NCBI RefSeq assembly: GCF_009914755.1
Contig: NC_060935.1
Source of the DNA: the human T2T-CHM13v2.0 reference genome, Homo sapiens
Length of the DNA: 64,000 nt
Direction: 5' to 3' (one strand)
In this document: piece after piece, positions 1 through 16,250 of the stretch
Layout: each line of letters starts with the position of its first letter
How positions within the stretch are numbered: position 1 is the first letter of the stretch
Translations under genes and position numbers: made by a program
The notes under the pieces: generated by a model
What the model was told of the DNA's origin: nothing
The model's input: only the letters and a program-made list of their open reading frames with translations
Databases searched by the model: none

Positions 1-441
1 TTAGTTATTGGCCTGATAAAATGTGACAAATGATTAACTGATTCAAACAAATATTTGTTGAGCACCTGCTACTCTAAGAGTCAAATAATTCTGAACTATT
101 GTGACTCTCCACATAAAGCATATTTCAGGCCTTAGCTCCTTTGAGCTCACTGTCCTCTTTGCTTCTTTTCCTCCTTCAGGAGACCCTCTGAAGCTTGGGG
201 TTCAGGTTGGGCTAATACTCTGTTAGCACCCTATGTACCCCGTCATAGCTTTGTTTCTACCAGCCTGCAAGCTGGGGCTTGTTGTAGCCTCATAACTGGG
301 TACAGTGCCTCAAATTATTGTTGAACTGATTGTGTGACATAGGAAGCCCTCAGGGAGATCAGAGTCTGTGGTATCTGAGAGGTCAGGGAAAGCTTTCTGA
401 AAAAAGTGATACTTGAGCTGAGACTTAAGAAGAGGCAGGTT

Positions 442-882
<441 letters not shown>

Positions 883-1299
883 TTAAATGGCAATTGGATT
901 TTATCTTTGAGGATAATTGGAGACAAGTAACAGATTTTAAGCAGGAATGTGTGGAGGGTGGGTTGAGGATGATAATAGATACAGGGAAATTGGTTAGGAG
1001 TTTTATATAAAAGCCAGGTAATCAGATCCCACCAGTCACCTTAGTGTTCTTTCTGGGCTTAACTGCTTTCCCTCAGACCAGAGTGGTTCACTCTAGAGGT
1101 GCCCTTTGCCTGGTCTGCTTCTGACTGCACAATGGGAGCAGACCTTGGAGCATCACAGATCTCATCTGGTCCCTGGTGATGGGTGTCTGGCCCACGTGAG
1201 GCAGAAGGTGCAGCCATTTCTGTTCTGTGGAGTAAGTTGGATAGCAAGAGACCCTTGGTAAATGCATGGACAACATTACTGGGTTTTAATACCATGTCT

Positions 1300-1410
1300 G
1301 CTATGTCCTAGCTATGGGGACATTAGAGAAGTTACATAACCTCTCTGAACCTCATCCATAAAATGGAGATAATGCTAACTCTAGTGTTTTTCTGAGAATT
1401 GAATTGGATG
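1300..1410 (+). mobile_element. MIR fragment
   Basis: aagttacataacctctctgaacctcatccataaaatggagataat core. Confidence 0.55.
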
Positions 1411-2790
1411 ACGATGACAAAAATAATGTCATTTAGTACATTTAGTAAGCGTCAATTTTATGTCAGGCCCTGGCCCAGGTACCTTCACTAATTAAAACAT
1501 GGGTCAAACACCAAAAATTGGTTTAGTTCATGATAGGTGCTCAATAAATATTAGATTCCTCCTCCCACCTCCTCCTGATCGTTGCACTTCCTACAGTTTG
1601 TCAGTGGCTGATGGATTGTTGTCTTAGCACTGTCTTCCAAACGATGTTATTTATTCTCACAAATTGACAAAGAGAGAAAATAATGACGATTTAATTTATG
1701 TTCAGGAAGCAGCCAGTGAGTAATTTCCAACATTGTTTCATTAAGGAAGTACTTGGGGCTTAGGAATCAACTGTATTTTAACCAAATTATAAATTAATAC
1801 AATTAGCCCTTGAACTTAAATTTTAGGCTCAGGGTCCTGGGCTGCAAAGAAACCAGTCAGAGCTGCTACTTGGAGAGTGACATTGTTTGTGTGATATTTT
1901 GATATTAGTGCCCATCTTTTGACCAAATAATCAGCATAAACATCTGAATACCAGTTCTGTTTAATGGACAAAATGTAATATGTAAGGTTTCCAAGGGTTG
2001 GAATGAGTTGTATGTCCCTACGTAGATGCCTGACCAGTTTCTGATAATACTGGGCCCTAGCTTTGTCTAAAAGTAAATGAAAATGCCTCTTAGTCTTCAG
2101 TAACATTGCTCACTATAGCCTTTCTTTTTCCTTCTTTGTGTAGATTTTCGGTAACCAGATCCTCTTTGACAATATAAAGCATGGATTAAAACTAACTCTG
2201 TAGCAATCCTAGGATTATTGGCTCAGGAGAATAAATCTTGGGTTGACTGTGAGATGATTTCACTTAAGTCTCATTTTGAAGAAAGCAGCTATGGGAGAGG
2301 CAGCTCTGAGCATGGTTTATTGTTTATTCCTGGTTGCCCAAGAGCAATTCGTATGAGTATCAGAGTCTGTTATGCATATGGCACGAGTAATTGTTTCTGA
2401 GAAGTGCGGTGGGTTGCTGGCAGTCGTGAATAGACCTGAAAACTGGCTGTGGTTCTGGGCCAAGCCCTCATCCCTGGTCAACAGAGAAAAACTTGAGGAA
2501 AGCAAGAGTCATAGTCATTGAAAGACTCATCTGCTTATGTGTGTCTACAGTGCCACCCAAGTCCGAGGTTAGCTTATCACTGGAGATTAGCATAAAACTA
2601 GAGAATTTGTGAACATGCTGTGTGTCTGACCATGATATAATCTTTCTTCTCTCTTTCCTCAAAAATTTCTCCTGCTTCTGGATATGGGTTGTTTATTATA
2701 CCCCAGTCACAAACGCTTCCTCAGAGGGTATGAGGTAAGGGTTGAGATTAATATGCTCTCTTTCCCTTACTTATATCTTTTATTTTCCAG

Positions 2791-2920
2791 CAACAGCTGC
2801 AGGCCTATGTGGCCTGGGTGAATGCACAGCTGAAGAAGAGGCCAGCAGTGAAGCCTGTGCAGGACCTGCGACAAGATCTCCGGGATGGGGTGATCCTGGC
2901 ATATCTCATCGAGATTGTTG
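2791..2920 (+). CDS. DIXDC1: DIXDC1 exon 2 (calponin-homology domain start, QQLQAYVAWVN...YLIEIV)
   Basis: ttttccag|CAACAG acceptor, GTTG|gtcagt donor; 130 nt; translation matches dixin CH domain. Confidence 0.97.
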
Positions 2921-4381
2921 GTCAGTTGGCCCTGGACTCTGATACTAGAGTACATAGATCAGAATCTGGCCTTCTTTATCCTTCTTATGCCCTTTAGAGC
3001 AGGTTATTTTTTCTTTAGAATATATGGCAGTAGAGGTAGAGAAGACTTAAAATACTTGCCCAAGGTTAATTCATTTATTTATTCGTCAATAAACATTGTG
3101 TCCCGGGCACTGTATTATGCTTTGGGAATATGAGGATGAGAATAGTCCATGCTCTCAAGAGTCTACCAAACTAGTTGGAAAGGCTGGAAAGTGAAGTCAA
3201 TTCCATTAATGTACTTAGTACTCCAGTGGGGTAAGCACAGATGGGAGCACATAGGAGGGACACCCAGCCCAGTCTTAGGGGCTCAGGGATTGGCTTACCA
3301 GAACTGATATCTCAACTGAGGCCTACCAGAAGAATTGGTATCTAAACCAAGGCCAGAGAAGGAAGTAGTAGTCAGGCAAAAAGAGGGATGTTACTGGCAA
3401 AAGGACCCTTCTACCATAATACTTCATAAAATTTTTTTCCTCTTGAACCCTGGGGTTGTTGACAGTCATTCTTACTAGATGGTACCATAACCTTATTTCC
3501 ATAGCATTTGTCCATATTTCTATTATTATTTCTCTCATCGAATGATAATTATGTGGTAATCATTTGATTACCTATCCTGTGTGATCTGAGCTGTTTAAGA
3601 GCAGGCATAGTATAATGTTTTTCTGTTTATGCAAGCTCTAGCCAAATGCACATAATAGGTTCTCAAACATTTATTGTTACATTAGTTAGCTGATTTTGCT
3701 TTGAGTTCTTGAGGGATATAGGACCTGCAAGTGGTACGGAAGAAGCCAGGTTTGCAACAAGCAGCCCATCCGTGAATACCTCATAGGGACAGTTTATGAA
3801 TTCATCAGAGTATTCATCTGTAATGATGGTAATAATGGCAACGGTAATAGCAACTGCTAGGATTGAACACTTTCTATCTTGTTTAATTTCATTTAATCAT
3901 CATATCTTTGGGAAACATAATATTATCCCCACTTTTAGGAAACAAGCTTAAAAGAGAAGATTTATAAAAATAAATAGTACTTAGTATGAGTCAAACAAAA
4001 TAGCTAAGCATGCTATTTTGATTTATTTATGATAGGTGTATAATATGACTAGTACTATTGTATTCATTTTATGAGGCTTAGAGAGGCTAAGCAACTTTAC
4101 AAAGTCACATAACTATAAGTGCCAAAACAGAGGTACAAACCTAGATCTGCTTTAATTCCAAAGCCTGTTTTAAACATTTAATGTTTCATTTATTTGAATA
4201 GGTTATACATGGACTAGTAGGAAATCCAGATGTACAAAAGGATGTAAGATCAAACCTCCTTTTTCCACTTATGTTCCCCCACCAGCTACCCATTTTTCCT
4301 TCTAGAGGCAGCTAGTGTTAGCAGTTTCTTGCATTTCTTCCCAGAGAAACTTCCCATTCTATGTCTATACAAGTAATATGA

Positions 4382-4944
<563 letters not shown>

Positions 4945-4999
4945 AAAACCCAGGTTCTTAAACACAACTTTCTATTGTGACTTTGCTAGATAGAAAAGC

Positions 5000-6525
5000 T
5001 CCTCACAAGATTTTGCCTATATTCACTGGATCCACTTCCTTATTTCCTATGCTTTCTTTAATCTGCCCTTATCAGGCTTCTGATCCCACTCCACTGAAAC
5101 CGCCTTCCTCAAGGTCATATCAAATCCAGTGGCCAAGCCTCCACCTTATCAAATCCAGTGGCCAGGCCTCAGACCTCATTTTATTCAACATAGCAGTACT
5201 TGACATAGTTGATAACGCCCTTCTCTTCAAACACTTTCTTTACTTGGCTTCCAGAATCCTATTAACTTCTAGTTTTCTTCCTTCCTCTCAGGCTCCTTTC
5301 ATTTTTTTGTTGGCTTTTCATTTCCTTCCTGACCTCTAATCCCGGAGTGCTGCAGGTTCAGCCCTCTTATATATTCTCTACTCCTAAGTGATTTCTTCCC
5401 AAATTTGTATCTTTAGGCTTGAATTTTTCCTTGAGTTCTAGACATGAATATCCAACATCTCTACTTGGATGTCTAATATGCAACTCAAATTTCACACATC
5501 CTAATCAGAAATTTGGATGTCCTTCCCCCTACCAATCCCTTTATTCTCCAAGTTTCTTCATCAGAGTAACACACTGCATTATCATTTGCCTAGGTGTTAA
5601 AGCAGAACAGTTAGAAGGTGTCCTTAATTGTCCTTTTTGTCATATATTATATCGAATCCTTCATATGTGCCATCTGCTTTGTATTTACAATATACCTGAT
5701 ATCTAACTTCTCATCAGTCAGCCTCTTCCACTCTAGCCCAAACCATCATGTCCTGCCTTGACTATTTTCATCATGCTTCAGACTGATCTCCCTGTTTCCT
5801 CTCTCCATAGTCTATTTCCACGCAGAGTCCATTTTATTTATTTTATTATTTTTGTAGAGACGGGGTTTTCACCATCTTGCCCAGGCTAGTCTTGAACTCC
5901 TGGGCTCAGACAATTCCCCTGCCTTGGCTTCCCAAAGTGCTAGGATTACGGGCGCGGGCGTAAGCCATGGCACCCTGCCAGTCAACTTTTAAAAACATAA
6001 ACCAGATTATGTCACTCCCTTGTCTCAGACTCTCCATTGGCTGCTCATTACACTTAGGATAAAATTCAGGCCCTTTGCTGTGGTCCAGAAAGCCCCGCCT
6101 GCCCTGGCATTGCTTGCCTGTCTAGCCTTTCCTAGGACTTGACTCCTTGCTCACTCCCCCAGCCACACTGCTCTTGCTGTTCTTCAGGTAAGCGGAGCTT
6201 GGGGTTTGTCCCTGTGGTTCCTCAGTCTGGAATGCTTCCTCCTCAAATCTTAACATGCTTTACTTTATTCAAGGTGCTGCCAAATGTTATTATCAGAGAG
6301 ACCATGATCACTGTACTTTATTTTTCCTCAAGCACTTATCGCTACTATGAAATTATATTAAACACTTACTTGTTAACTTGATTGTTGTCTGCCACTCCTG
6401 CAGATATAAATTCTATGAAGGGAGGGACTTTATTGTTCTTTTTCTCTCCTTTTTCTCTGGTGCCCAGAATAGTGAGTACTTGCCACTCAATAGATGCTGA
6501 GTGAATATTTGCTGACTGAATAAAT
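5000..6525 (+). mobile_element. L2 LINE remnant with an inserted antisense Alu monomer (about 5830-5980)
   Basis: ctcaaggtca..aaatccagtggcca core; 3' end gaatatttgctgactgaataaatg. Confidence 0.6.
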
Positions 6526-6754
6526 GTACACACAGTAACTTCACAGACCCCTAAGTATAAATTTGAAAGCCTTCCAAAAGGCTTTCATATTCCTATTTCC
6601 CATCTAAATGACAAACACCAGGACTTAACTCATTTATATATTTATGTATAATGTTGGTGTTCACATCAAATCTTCCCTTCCTCTGTGTCTAGCTGCTATG
6701 AAACTTTGATAATATTCCTCCCTATAACTTCCTATATTTTCTCTCTCCTAACAG

Positions 6755-6880
6755 CAGGAGAAAAGCTGAGTGGGGTACAGCTGAGTCCCGGTAACCAACA
6801 GGAGATGAAGAATAATGTGGAGAAAGTGCTACAGTTTGTGGCCTCTAAAAAGATTCGTATGCACCAGACTTCGGCTAAAG
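6755..6880 (+). CDS. DIXDC1: DIXDC1 exon 3 (AGEKLSG...HQTSAK)
   Basis: ctaacag|CAGGAG acceptor, AAAG|gtcagt donor; 126 nt, phase 1/1. Confidence 0.96.
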
Positions 6881-6975
6881 GTCAGTGCCTCATCACATCC
6901 TTGGTGCATGAGTATACTTTAACCAGTGAGTGCTAGCCTCAGGAAAATCCTTGGCTGTAACCTGGGGGAAGATAG

Positions 6976-7518
<543 letters not shown>

Positions 7519-8304
7519 AGAGAAGAAATTACAATATTGGGATATTAATTTTAGAATTTCTCATTTAAGTTATCAAAAATGAAGAGTTTATGTTTTTTAA
7601 GTTCCTTGGGTTTCATGACAAAATATTATTTAAGATACTCATAACCTACATTTTTTCCATCTAGTTTTTTAGAAGGGAAATATTTTATAGCCCTTTTTTG
7701 GATATCATAGAACATTCTAGGCAGGATGAAAGCAGCTCTGTGACCTCTGCATCTGCCCTCTTCTGTAGTGGCTTGGCCCAGATGGGTTTGCTGGGCTATT
7801 TTGAGCCCAGGCTTCAAGGGAGGAACAGTGTAGGTGTTCTTAGAGAGCATAGGCTCCCTAGTTCTCTTGCTGTTTCTCGAGAACTGACTATAGACCTGGT
7901 TTTGTTTCAGCGTCAGTTCCTGGGTCTGATTGCCTTTGGGTCTCATGACAATAGGGGCAGAACGGCTCATGTTGGATTATTATATTAGTGTTCTCTGTGT
8001 TTAGATCATTTAGATGAGGCCAATACTGATCATTGAGAGCACCTTGTGGAAGGTATCAAAGAATCCTTCACCACTCCTTCTCAACATAGTACTGGCAGTC
8101 CTAGCCAGAGCAATCAGGCAAGAGAAAGAAATAAAAGGCATCCAAATAGGAGAAGAAAAAGTTAAACTATCTCTCTTCACTGATGATATGATTCTATACC
8201 TAGAAAACCCCAAAAGCCTCTGTCAAAAGGCTCCTAGAACTAATAAATGACTTGAGTAAAGTTTCAGGATATAAAATCAGTGTGCAAAAATCAGTAGCAT
8301 TTGT

Positions 8305-8919
<615 letters not shown>

Positions 8920-9965
8920 GAACAAAGCTACAAAGCTGGGGTGTCACATTACCTGACTTCAAACTATACTACAAGACTACAGTAACCAAAACAACATGGT
9001 ACTGGTATAAAAACAGACACATAGACCAATGGAACAGACTAGAGAACCCAGAAATAAAGTTCCACACCTACAACCATGTGATCTTTGACAAACTCAACAA
9101 AAATAAGCAATGAGGAAAAGAATCCCTATTCAATAAATGGTGCTGGGATAACTGGCCAGCCATATGCAGAAGAATGAAACTAGATCCCTGTCTATCACCT
9201 TTTGCAAAAATTAACTCAAGATGGAATAAAGACTTAAATATAAGACCTTGAACTATAAAAATCCTAGAAGAAAACCTAGGAAATAACCCTACTTGATATT
9301 GGCATTGGCAAAGAATTTATTACTAAATCCTCAAAGCAATTGCAACATAAACAAAAATTGATAATTGGAATCTAATTAAACTAAAGAGCCTCTGCATAGC
9401 AAGAGAAACTATCAGGGGAGTAAGCAGATAGCCTATAGAATGGGAGGAAATATTCACAAACTATGAATCTGACAAAGGTCTAATATCTAGAATCTATAGG
9501 GAACTTAAATAACAAGCAAAAACAAATAACCCTATTGAAAAGTGGGCAAAGGACATGTACAGATACTTCTCAAAAGTGGCCAACAAACATATGAAGAAAA
9601 GCTCATCAACACTAATCAGATAAATGCAAATCAAAACCACAATGAGATACTATCTCACACCAGTCAGGATGGCTTTTGTTAAAAAGTCAAAAAATAACAG
9701 ATGTTGGCAAGGCTGTGGAGAAAAGGGGACACATATATTGTTGGTGGGAATGTAACTTTGTCCAGCCACTGTGGAAAGTAGTTTGGAGATTTCTCTAAGA
9801 ACTACAGCAATCCCATTACTGGGTATATACCCAAAGGAAAATAAATCATTCTACCAAAAGGACACATGCACCCGTAGGTTCATTGCAGCGCCATTCACAA
9901 TAGCAAAAACATGGAATCAACCTAGGTGCCCATCAACAGTGCAGTGAATAAATAAAATGTGGTGT

Positions 9966-10007
9966 GTATATCTATATCTATATCTATATCTATATCTATA
10001 TCTATAT
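9966..10007. repeat. (TATATC)n hexamer repeat
   Basis: Read directly from the sequence, about 7 units. Confidence 0.9.
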
Positions 10008-10937
10008 ACACCATAGGATACTATGCAGCTATAAAAAAAAAATTCATGTCCTTTGCTGCAACATGGATGCAGCTGGAGACCATTATCCTAAGCAAACTAA
10101 TGCAGAACCAGCAAATCAAACACCATTATGTTCTTACTTATAATTGGGAACTAAACACTGGGTGCACATTGGGACATAAAGATGGGAACAATAGAAACTG
10201 GGGACTACTAGAGGAGGGAGGGAAGGAGGGAGGAAGGGCTGCAAACTACCTGTTGGGTACTGTGCTCACTATCCGGATGATGAGTTCAATCGTACCCTAG
10301 ACCTCAGCATCACACAATATACCTTTGTAACAAACCTGCATGTGTACCACCTGCTTCTAAAACAAAAGGTGAAAAAGAAAAAAAACAAACACAAATAATC
10401 CTTTTCCAAGACTTGTATATTTAAAGGCTACAAAGCTAAAAAATAAAATAAAAATTTACCCATTTCGTTACATTGACTTTCACCAGACTTACCACACTGT
10501 TTTCTGCCTACATTCCTCTTTTATTTCTAGGGCAAAATTTAGAGTTCCACGATACCTCTGATCTGGTTCCCATGTGGAGTGGGCTTGGGGATCTGGCCCA
10601 TTAAAGTCAGCTATTTTGAGGGAACACTGCCATTTAGGACATCATTGTCATTTACCTGGAGAAGTGTAACAGTCTGAGTTAGTCCTGCGGCATTGATTTT
10701 TGTCCCCTTCTCATCTGCTCTCCACACTGCAGTCAGAATGATCTTTCTAAGAGTACATATACTCATGCCACTCCTCCGTATCTGAGGACCCTTAGGATAA
10801 AATCCAGAGTCCTTCCTGTGGCCTCCCATGCCCTGTGTGATCCACCCTCTGATGCACCCCTCTGCTGCCTCACCTTTCCCTGTCTCCCCCTGCATTCTGG
10901 GCTCTGCCTATGCTGAACTTCTTTCACTTCCTCCACC

Positions 10938-11850
<913 letters not shown>

Positions 11851-12264
11851 ATATATCATGCTCTCTCCCACTTCAAGACCTTCACACCTGCTGTTCCCTC
11901 TTCCTGGAATACTCTTTGTCTTTCTCTTGTCTAACTAATGTGCTACTCTTTTGTCAATCAAGTCTCAGTTTAGAACCCACTTCCTCTAGGAATCCTTCTC
12001 TGAGCCATCTAGATAAGATGTCTCTACTCTGACCTCCCAAAGAATCCTGTACTTCTCTTATCAAAACACATGATCTTACTTTATTGTCATTGCTGTTATA
12101 TATTCGGTCTCCCTTGTTGCCCAGAGCTTTGTGAGGACTGAGACCCTGACTGCCTTGCTTACCTGTATCACTAGCAATATGTAATAAATGCAGAAGTCCT
12201 CAGCTTTTGCCTCCCTCTTAGGACCTCTTGGTCTGTTTTATTCTTGGTCCGTTTTATCCTTCAG

Positions 12265-12496
12265 ATATTGTGGATGGAAACCTGAAGTCTATCATGAGGC
12301 TGGTCCTTGCCTTGGCAGCTCATTTCAAACCTGGCTCCAGCAGGACGGTGAACCAAGGACGGGACTCCAGAGCCCCTCTGCAAAGTCACCGACCACACTG
12401 TGCCACTGCTGTTGCCCAGGGAGCAGCTGCTGCTCTGGCCGATGTGTGTCATGACATGTCCCGATCAGGACGGGATGTCTTTCGATATAGACAGAG
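12265..12496 (+). CDS. DIXDC1: DIXDC1 exon 4 (DIVDGNLKSIMRLVLALAAHF...FRYRQR), end of CH domain
   Basis: ccttcag|ATATTG, CAGAG|gtaagg; 232 nt; DIVDGN..LV is a typical CH-domain motif. Confidence 0.97.
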
Positions 12497-13117
12497 GTAA
12501 GGGTAGAAATCTGGGGGTGGGAACTGATCCCTCTCTCTGATACTTCTTCTGTTAGATGATACAGTGCAGTAGATAGAAACGTCACCCAAACAGCCCCAGA
12601 TTGCAGAAAAGAACATGGAGTGGGGAGGTAGGGGAGGGCACTCTCAAAAGAGAAAAGCCTTTTCTTCTGAGATGTTTATTTTTATTTTGCATTTAGCAAA
12701 AGTAAAGGAATCTTATGTGTAAGTTTTTGCTCTGGTGCCCAAAATTTAAATATACACTTTTGGCACAGTGTGTTTTCTTCACTGGGAGGTCCGTGGGAGC
12801 AGTGTTCCAGTTCATCTAGAGGAAGCTCCACTCTGGAATGTACCCAAAGGTCAGGTTGTCTTGGGAGTCATGGCAGGAAATGCTTTGTGGGTTGTGTATC
12901 TGCTAAGAGAGAGCAGGACCCTGAGGTGTTGCACAGGTTGGTGAATTACTTGTTTTTTGTCTGCCTTCCCTGCTAGGTACCAAGTGTCTTTGAGGCAGGG
13001 GTTTTGTCTTACTCATGTGTGTATACTGCTCGCAGAGTGGCAGTCTCTCTGTACTTGTTGAGTTGATCTGATCTGAAGGACTGACACCTTCCCTTTGCTG
13101 GGGTCCTTTGACTTTAG

Positions 13118-13225
13118 GAACAGCAGCATGGATGAGGAAATTGAGAATCCATACTGGAGTGTGCGGGCCCTAGTGCAGCAGTACGAAGGGCAACAAAGGT
13201 CCCCGTCTGAATCCAGCTGCTCCAG
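13118..13225 (+). CDS. DIXDC1: DIXDC1 exon 5 (NSSMDEEIENPYWSVRALVQQYEGQQRSPSESSCS)
   Basis: actttag|GAACAG, TCCAG|gtaact; 108 nt, phase 2/2. Confidence 0.95.
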
Positions 13226-15149
13226 GTAACTGTGGCCTCTGAAACCTGAATTCTGGAGGATTCTCGGAGTTCTCGGCTTCAAGTAACAATACAACAAGCA
13301 AAAAGGCACCTAAGCCCTTTTTCTCCCCTCAGTTTATGTTTGGCTTTAAAGGGATACCCCTTAGCAGTGCTTTGTGGGTTTGTGCTAGTAGGAGGGTAGG
13401 AAGGTAGGGTGGGGTGCTGGTTTATTTCCCACAAATGGAATCTGTGCAGTCCCAGTGCCAGTGCTTAACTGTGACCACATGGGGGCATGGCTGGAACCTG
13501 TCAGGGCCCAGTCCAGTGGTTCTGACATTTGCATATGAGGTGCCAGTGTTTATGATAGCCAGTTCCATTGTGCTGTCCTTGAGCCTAAGTGTAACTCTTA
13601 AGGCCGGAAAAGTCTGTGTAAAGCTCATAGAAGAGAAGAAATTGAGCAGAGTTGTCTTAGAGCATTAGAATGTTTCCAACTTTCCTCTACAGGAACTGTG
13701 GCTGATTAGTATGTGTTTGAGCAAACTAATGATGTTTGCGACTCTAGCTAAAAGTTGTGTGTATCCTTTAGAGCCAAGTACAGAGACCAAAACAGGATAC
13801 AGTGCCCTAATAAAAACCTTATCAGTGGCAGAAAAAAGATTACTTTACTGGCTCATGTAAATTGTGCTTCTATAAACACTCCCCAGATCATGTTTTTACT
13901 AACTTCATTTTGTTGCTGAATCATAATTTATGCTCTAATGACCTTTTCTTTCCTATCCCAACCCTGTGTAATCTGCTCTATTTAGGGCTAATTGTTCCTT
14001 GTCTTGTATGTATGTTATGTGTCCTTGTTTTCTTCCTCCTATTTTTTTCTCATAAAACTCCATCCTATTTTAATGCACATTTCCTAATTTATTGAGGTCA
14101 TATGGAACTCTTTCTAGTATTTTAATATACTGGTAAACTTGCTAACTTTTTACCTTTTTTACATTTAATAGCTGTGCTCTTTCTTACTTATAAAATTCAC
14201 ATAACATAAAATTAACCATTAAACATTATAAAGTGTACAATTCAGTGGCATTTAGTATCTTCATAATGTGGTGCGACCATCACCTCTATCCACTCAGAAG
14301 ACATCTTCATCACCCCAAAAGGAAGCCCTGCGCCCATTAAGCAGCAGGTGTGCTTTTAATGAGAATCTAAATCATTTCTTCCTTGCTTGCTGCTTAGGTT
14401 ATCACCTGGAGCGGAATTACAGGATGTTTTGTTGTATTGCTTCCTGCACTTCTGCAGGCCTTTCACTCTTCTGAGCCTGATAGTGCCTGCTAGAGTTGGT
14501 GGTAGGAGGAAGAGTGGATTTCTTCCTGAGGGCACCTGCTTTCTCCTCCAAGGCAGGAGGACTGAGGGGAGGGCTGTGAGACTGTGAATGTGTGAATGAG
14601 GGGCCCACCGGCTATCAGGCTGCAGTGAGCTAATGGTGACAGTTTTCTAGGAGAGGGGCCAGAGGAGAATTGTTTGCTTTACCCTGTTTTTCACTACTGG
14701 ATTTTGACATTTTCTTCTAATGCTGACCCCTCATCCAGCTCTTTGGCATGCTGGGTTAGTAGCTGCCTTTTCCTCAGTGAGTCCCTGGGGAAGGAGAGGG
14801 CTTCTTGTGGCTATCTGGAACCCAGCAGGTTCCCGCACATTCTGAGCCCTCGCCCCCAGGGAGCCCACTTAGTGGCTCTGTGACCCATGAAGAGCCCAGG
14901 AGCCCCCAGATGTGGCTTGCTCAGGACGGGAGTGGCTCAGAAGGAAGGATAGCCCCTGGGTGTCTCATTCCCTGCCACTGCTCCTCCGGAGACGCCCTGG
15001 GGAAGCCCTGCCAGCCTGTTGCTCCGAAAACCGCATACCAGCCTCACATTGTAGCCAAGCAAAATGATCCTTAGTTGGTTAAAAAGAACACACGAAACGC
15101 CAGAGGGGAAGGTGGGAGGGGATAGGTGCTCGGCGAATTTTCCTGGGGA

Positions 15150-16250
15150 GCGTCAGAGTCTCCACCCCGAGGAGCGGCCAGAGCCCCATGCGGGCCTGAC
15201 CTGTCCGACCGACCCCTCGTCCACCAAGGGAGGGCTCAGAGTGGAGAAGGCAAGGTTTTTGGTGCGGGGCTCCCCAGCACTCAGACCACTAGAGCCCTCC
15301 TCGTGATTCTGCCGATACGCGGCTCTTCCCCTGCCTATCCTGAGGCTCCCAATCTCCTCTCCTCGCATCCCCCAACCCCTCGTCGACGTCCCCACCCCCA
15401 CCTCCACCCCGCCCAGCCCCGCCCCTGGCCCGCACCCTCAACCTCCGTCCAGAGCGGTCGGTTGGCCAGCGGAGCTGGCTTGGGTCGGAGCCCGGCTGCC
15501 TCGCCGCGTGTGACAGCCCAGGGAGGGAGCAGAGGGTGGGGCGGGGAGGGATCCGGAAGGTGGCACGGAGTGGGATCGCCGCTGGGGACTCGAGGCGCAG
15601 CCTGCGCCGCCGGGAGCCTCCCTCCCAGTGGGAGATGGGTTGAGATGCCCCCGCCAGGGGGGATGCCCGGCACCGTGCGTCCGCGGAGGCCAAGATGCAG
15701 CGGCCAGGGGCCGGCAGCCTGCGAGGGGAGGCAGCTTCCGCCGGGGCCGGGCTGCTGCACAGTCTGAGCGGCCGGGACTGCGCGCTTCAGAGCCTGGAGC
15801 ATCCCAGTCGCTGGGGCCGAGACGCCGCCGCCGCCGCCGTTCCCGCTTTCTCCCGCGAGCCGGGCCAGTAGCTTTGCTAGCTGGCCTTCCCGTGGAGGCG
15901 TTTTCCAGCCCCAGCGCGGGGAGACATGCCTGAATTTGGGAGCGATGTGACTCTCAGCCTCCCACTTCACCCGGGGACGCAGGCTTGCTGAAGCCCGAGA
16001 CAGGAGGGGGACCATGGGAGGGACGCAAGTCAAATGGTGAGCTGAAGCCACTCTGGCTTTGGAAGTGGGGGGCCTGGGTGGGAACAGGGGCAGGGCTGGA
16101 GGATGCTGTTGGCCGGAGACAGGCGGGGTGGTGGGAGCATTATGTTGGGAGGACCGGCTGCTGACCAGGGGTTATCACTATAAAATACGGTGGGCGTAGG
16201 AAGTGGAGCCAGCATGGGGGGAGGATGAGTAGCCCTTGCGCCTGCCAGGG
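15150..16250 (+). promoter_or_regulatory. Intragenic CpG island, alternative promoter for the short DIXDC1 isoform
   Basis: Very GC- and CpG-rich stretch in intron 5 with GC boxes (ccccgccc, ggggcgggg) and (GCC)5, ending in a Kozak ATG exon with a donor; boundaries approximate. Confidence 0.9.
16014..16036 (+). CDS. DIXDC1: Alternative first coding exon of short DIXDC1 (MGGTQVK+C), splices to exon 6 to give 472 aa without the CH domain
   Basis: accATGG perfect Kozak; AAATG|gtgagc donor; phase 2 matches exon 6 (TG+C=Cys, then LTSPSP). Confidence 0.9.

Noticed and set aside
5118-5170. 24-nt direct repeat tatcaaatccagtggcca.gcctc
   Set aside because: Only two copies inside an L2 remnant; simple slippage duplication, not an array
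15126-16051. Long ORFs of 213 aa (+) and 238 aa (-) over the CpG island
   Set aside because: Expected from high GC content (few stops); Pro/Gly/Arg-rich with no recognisable domain
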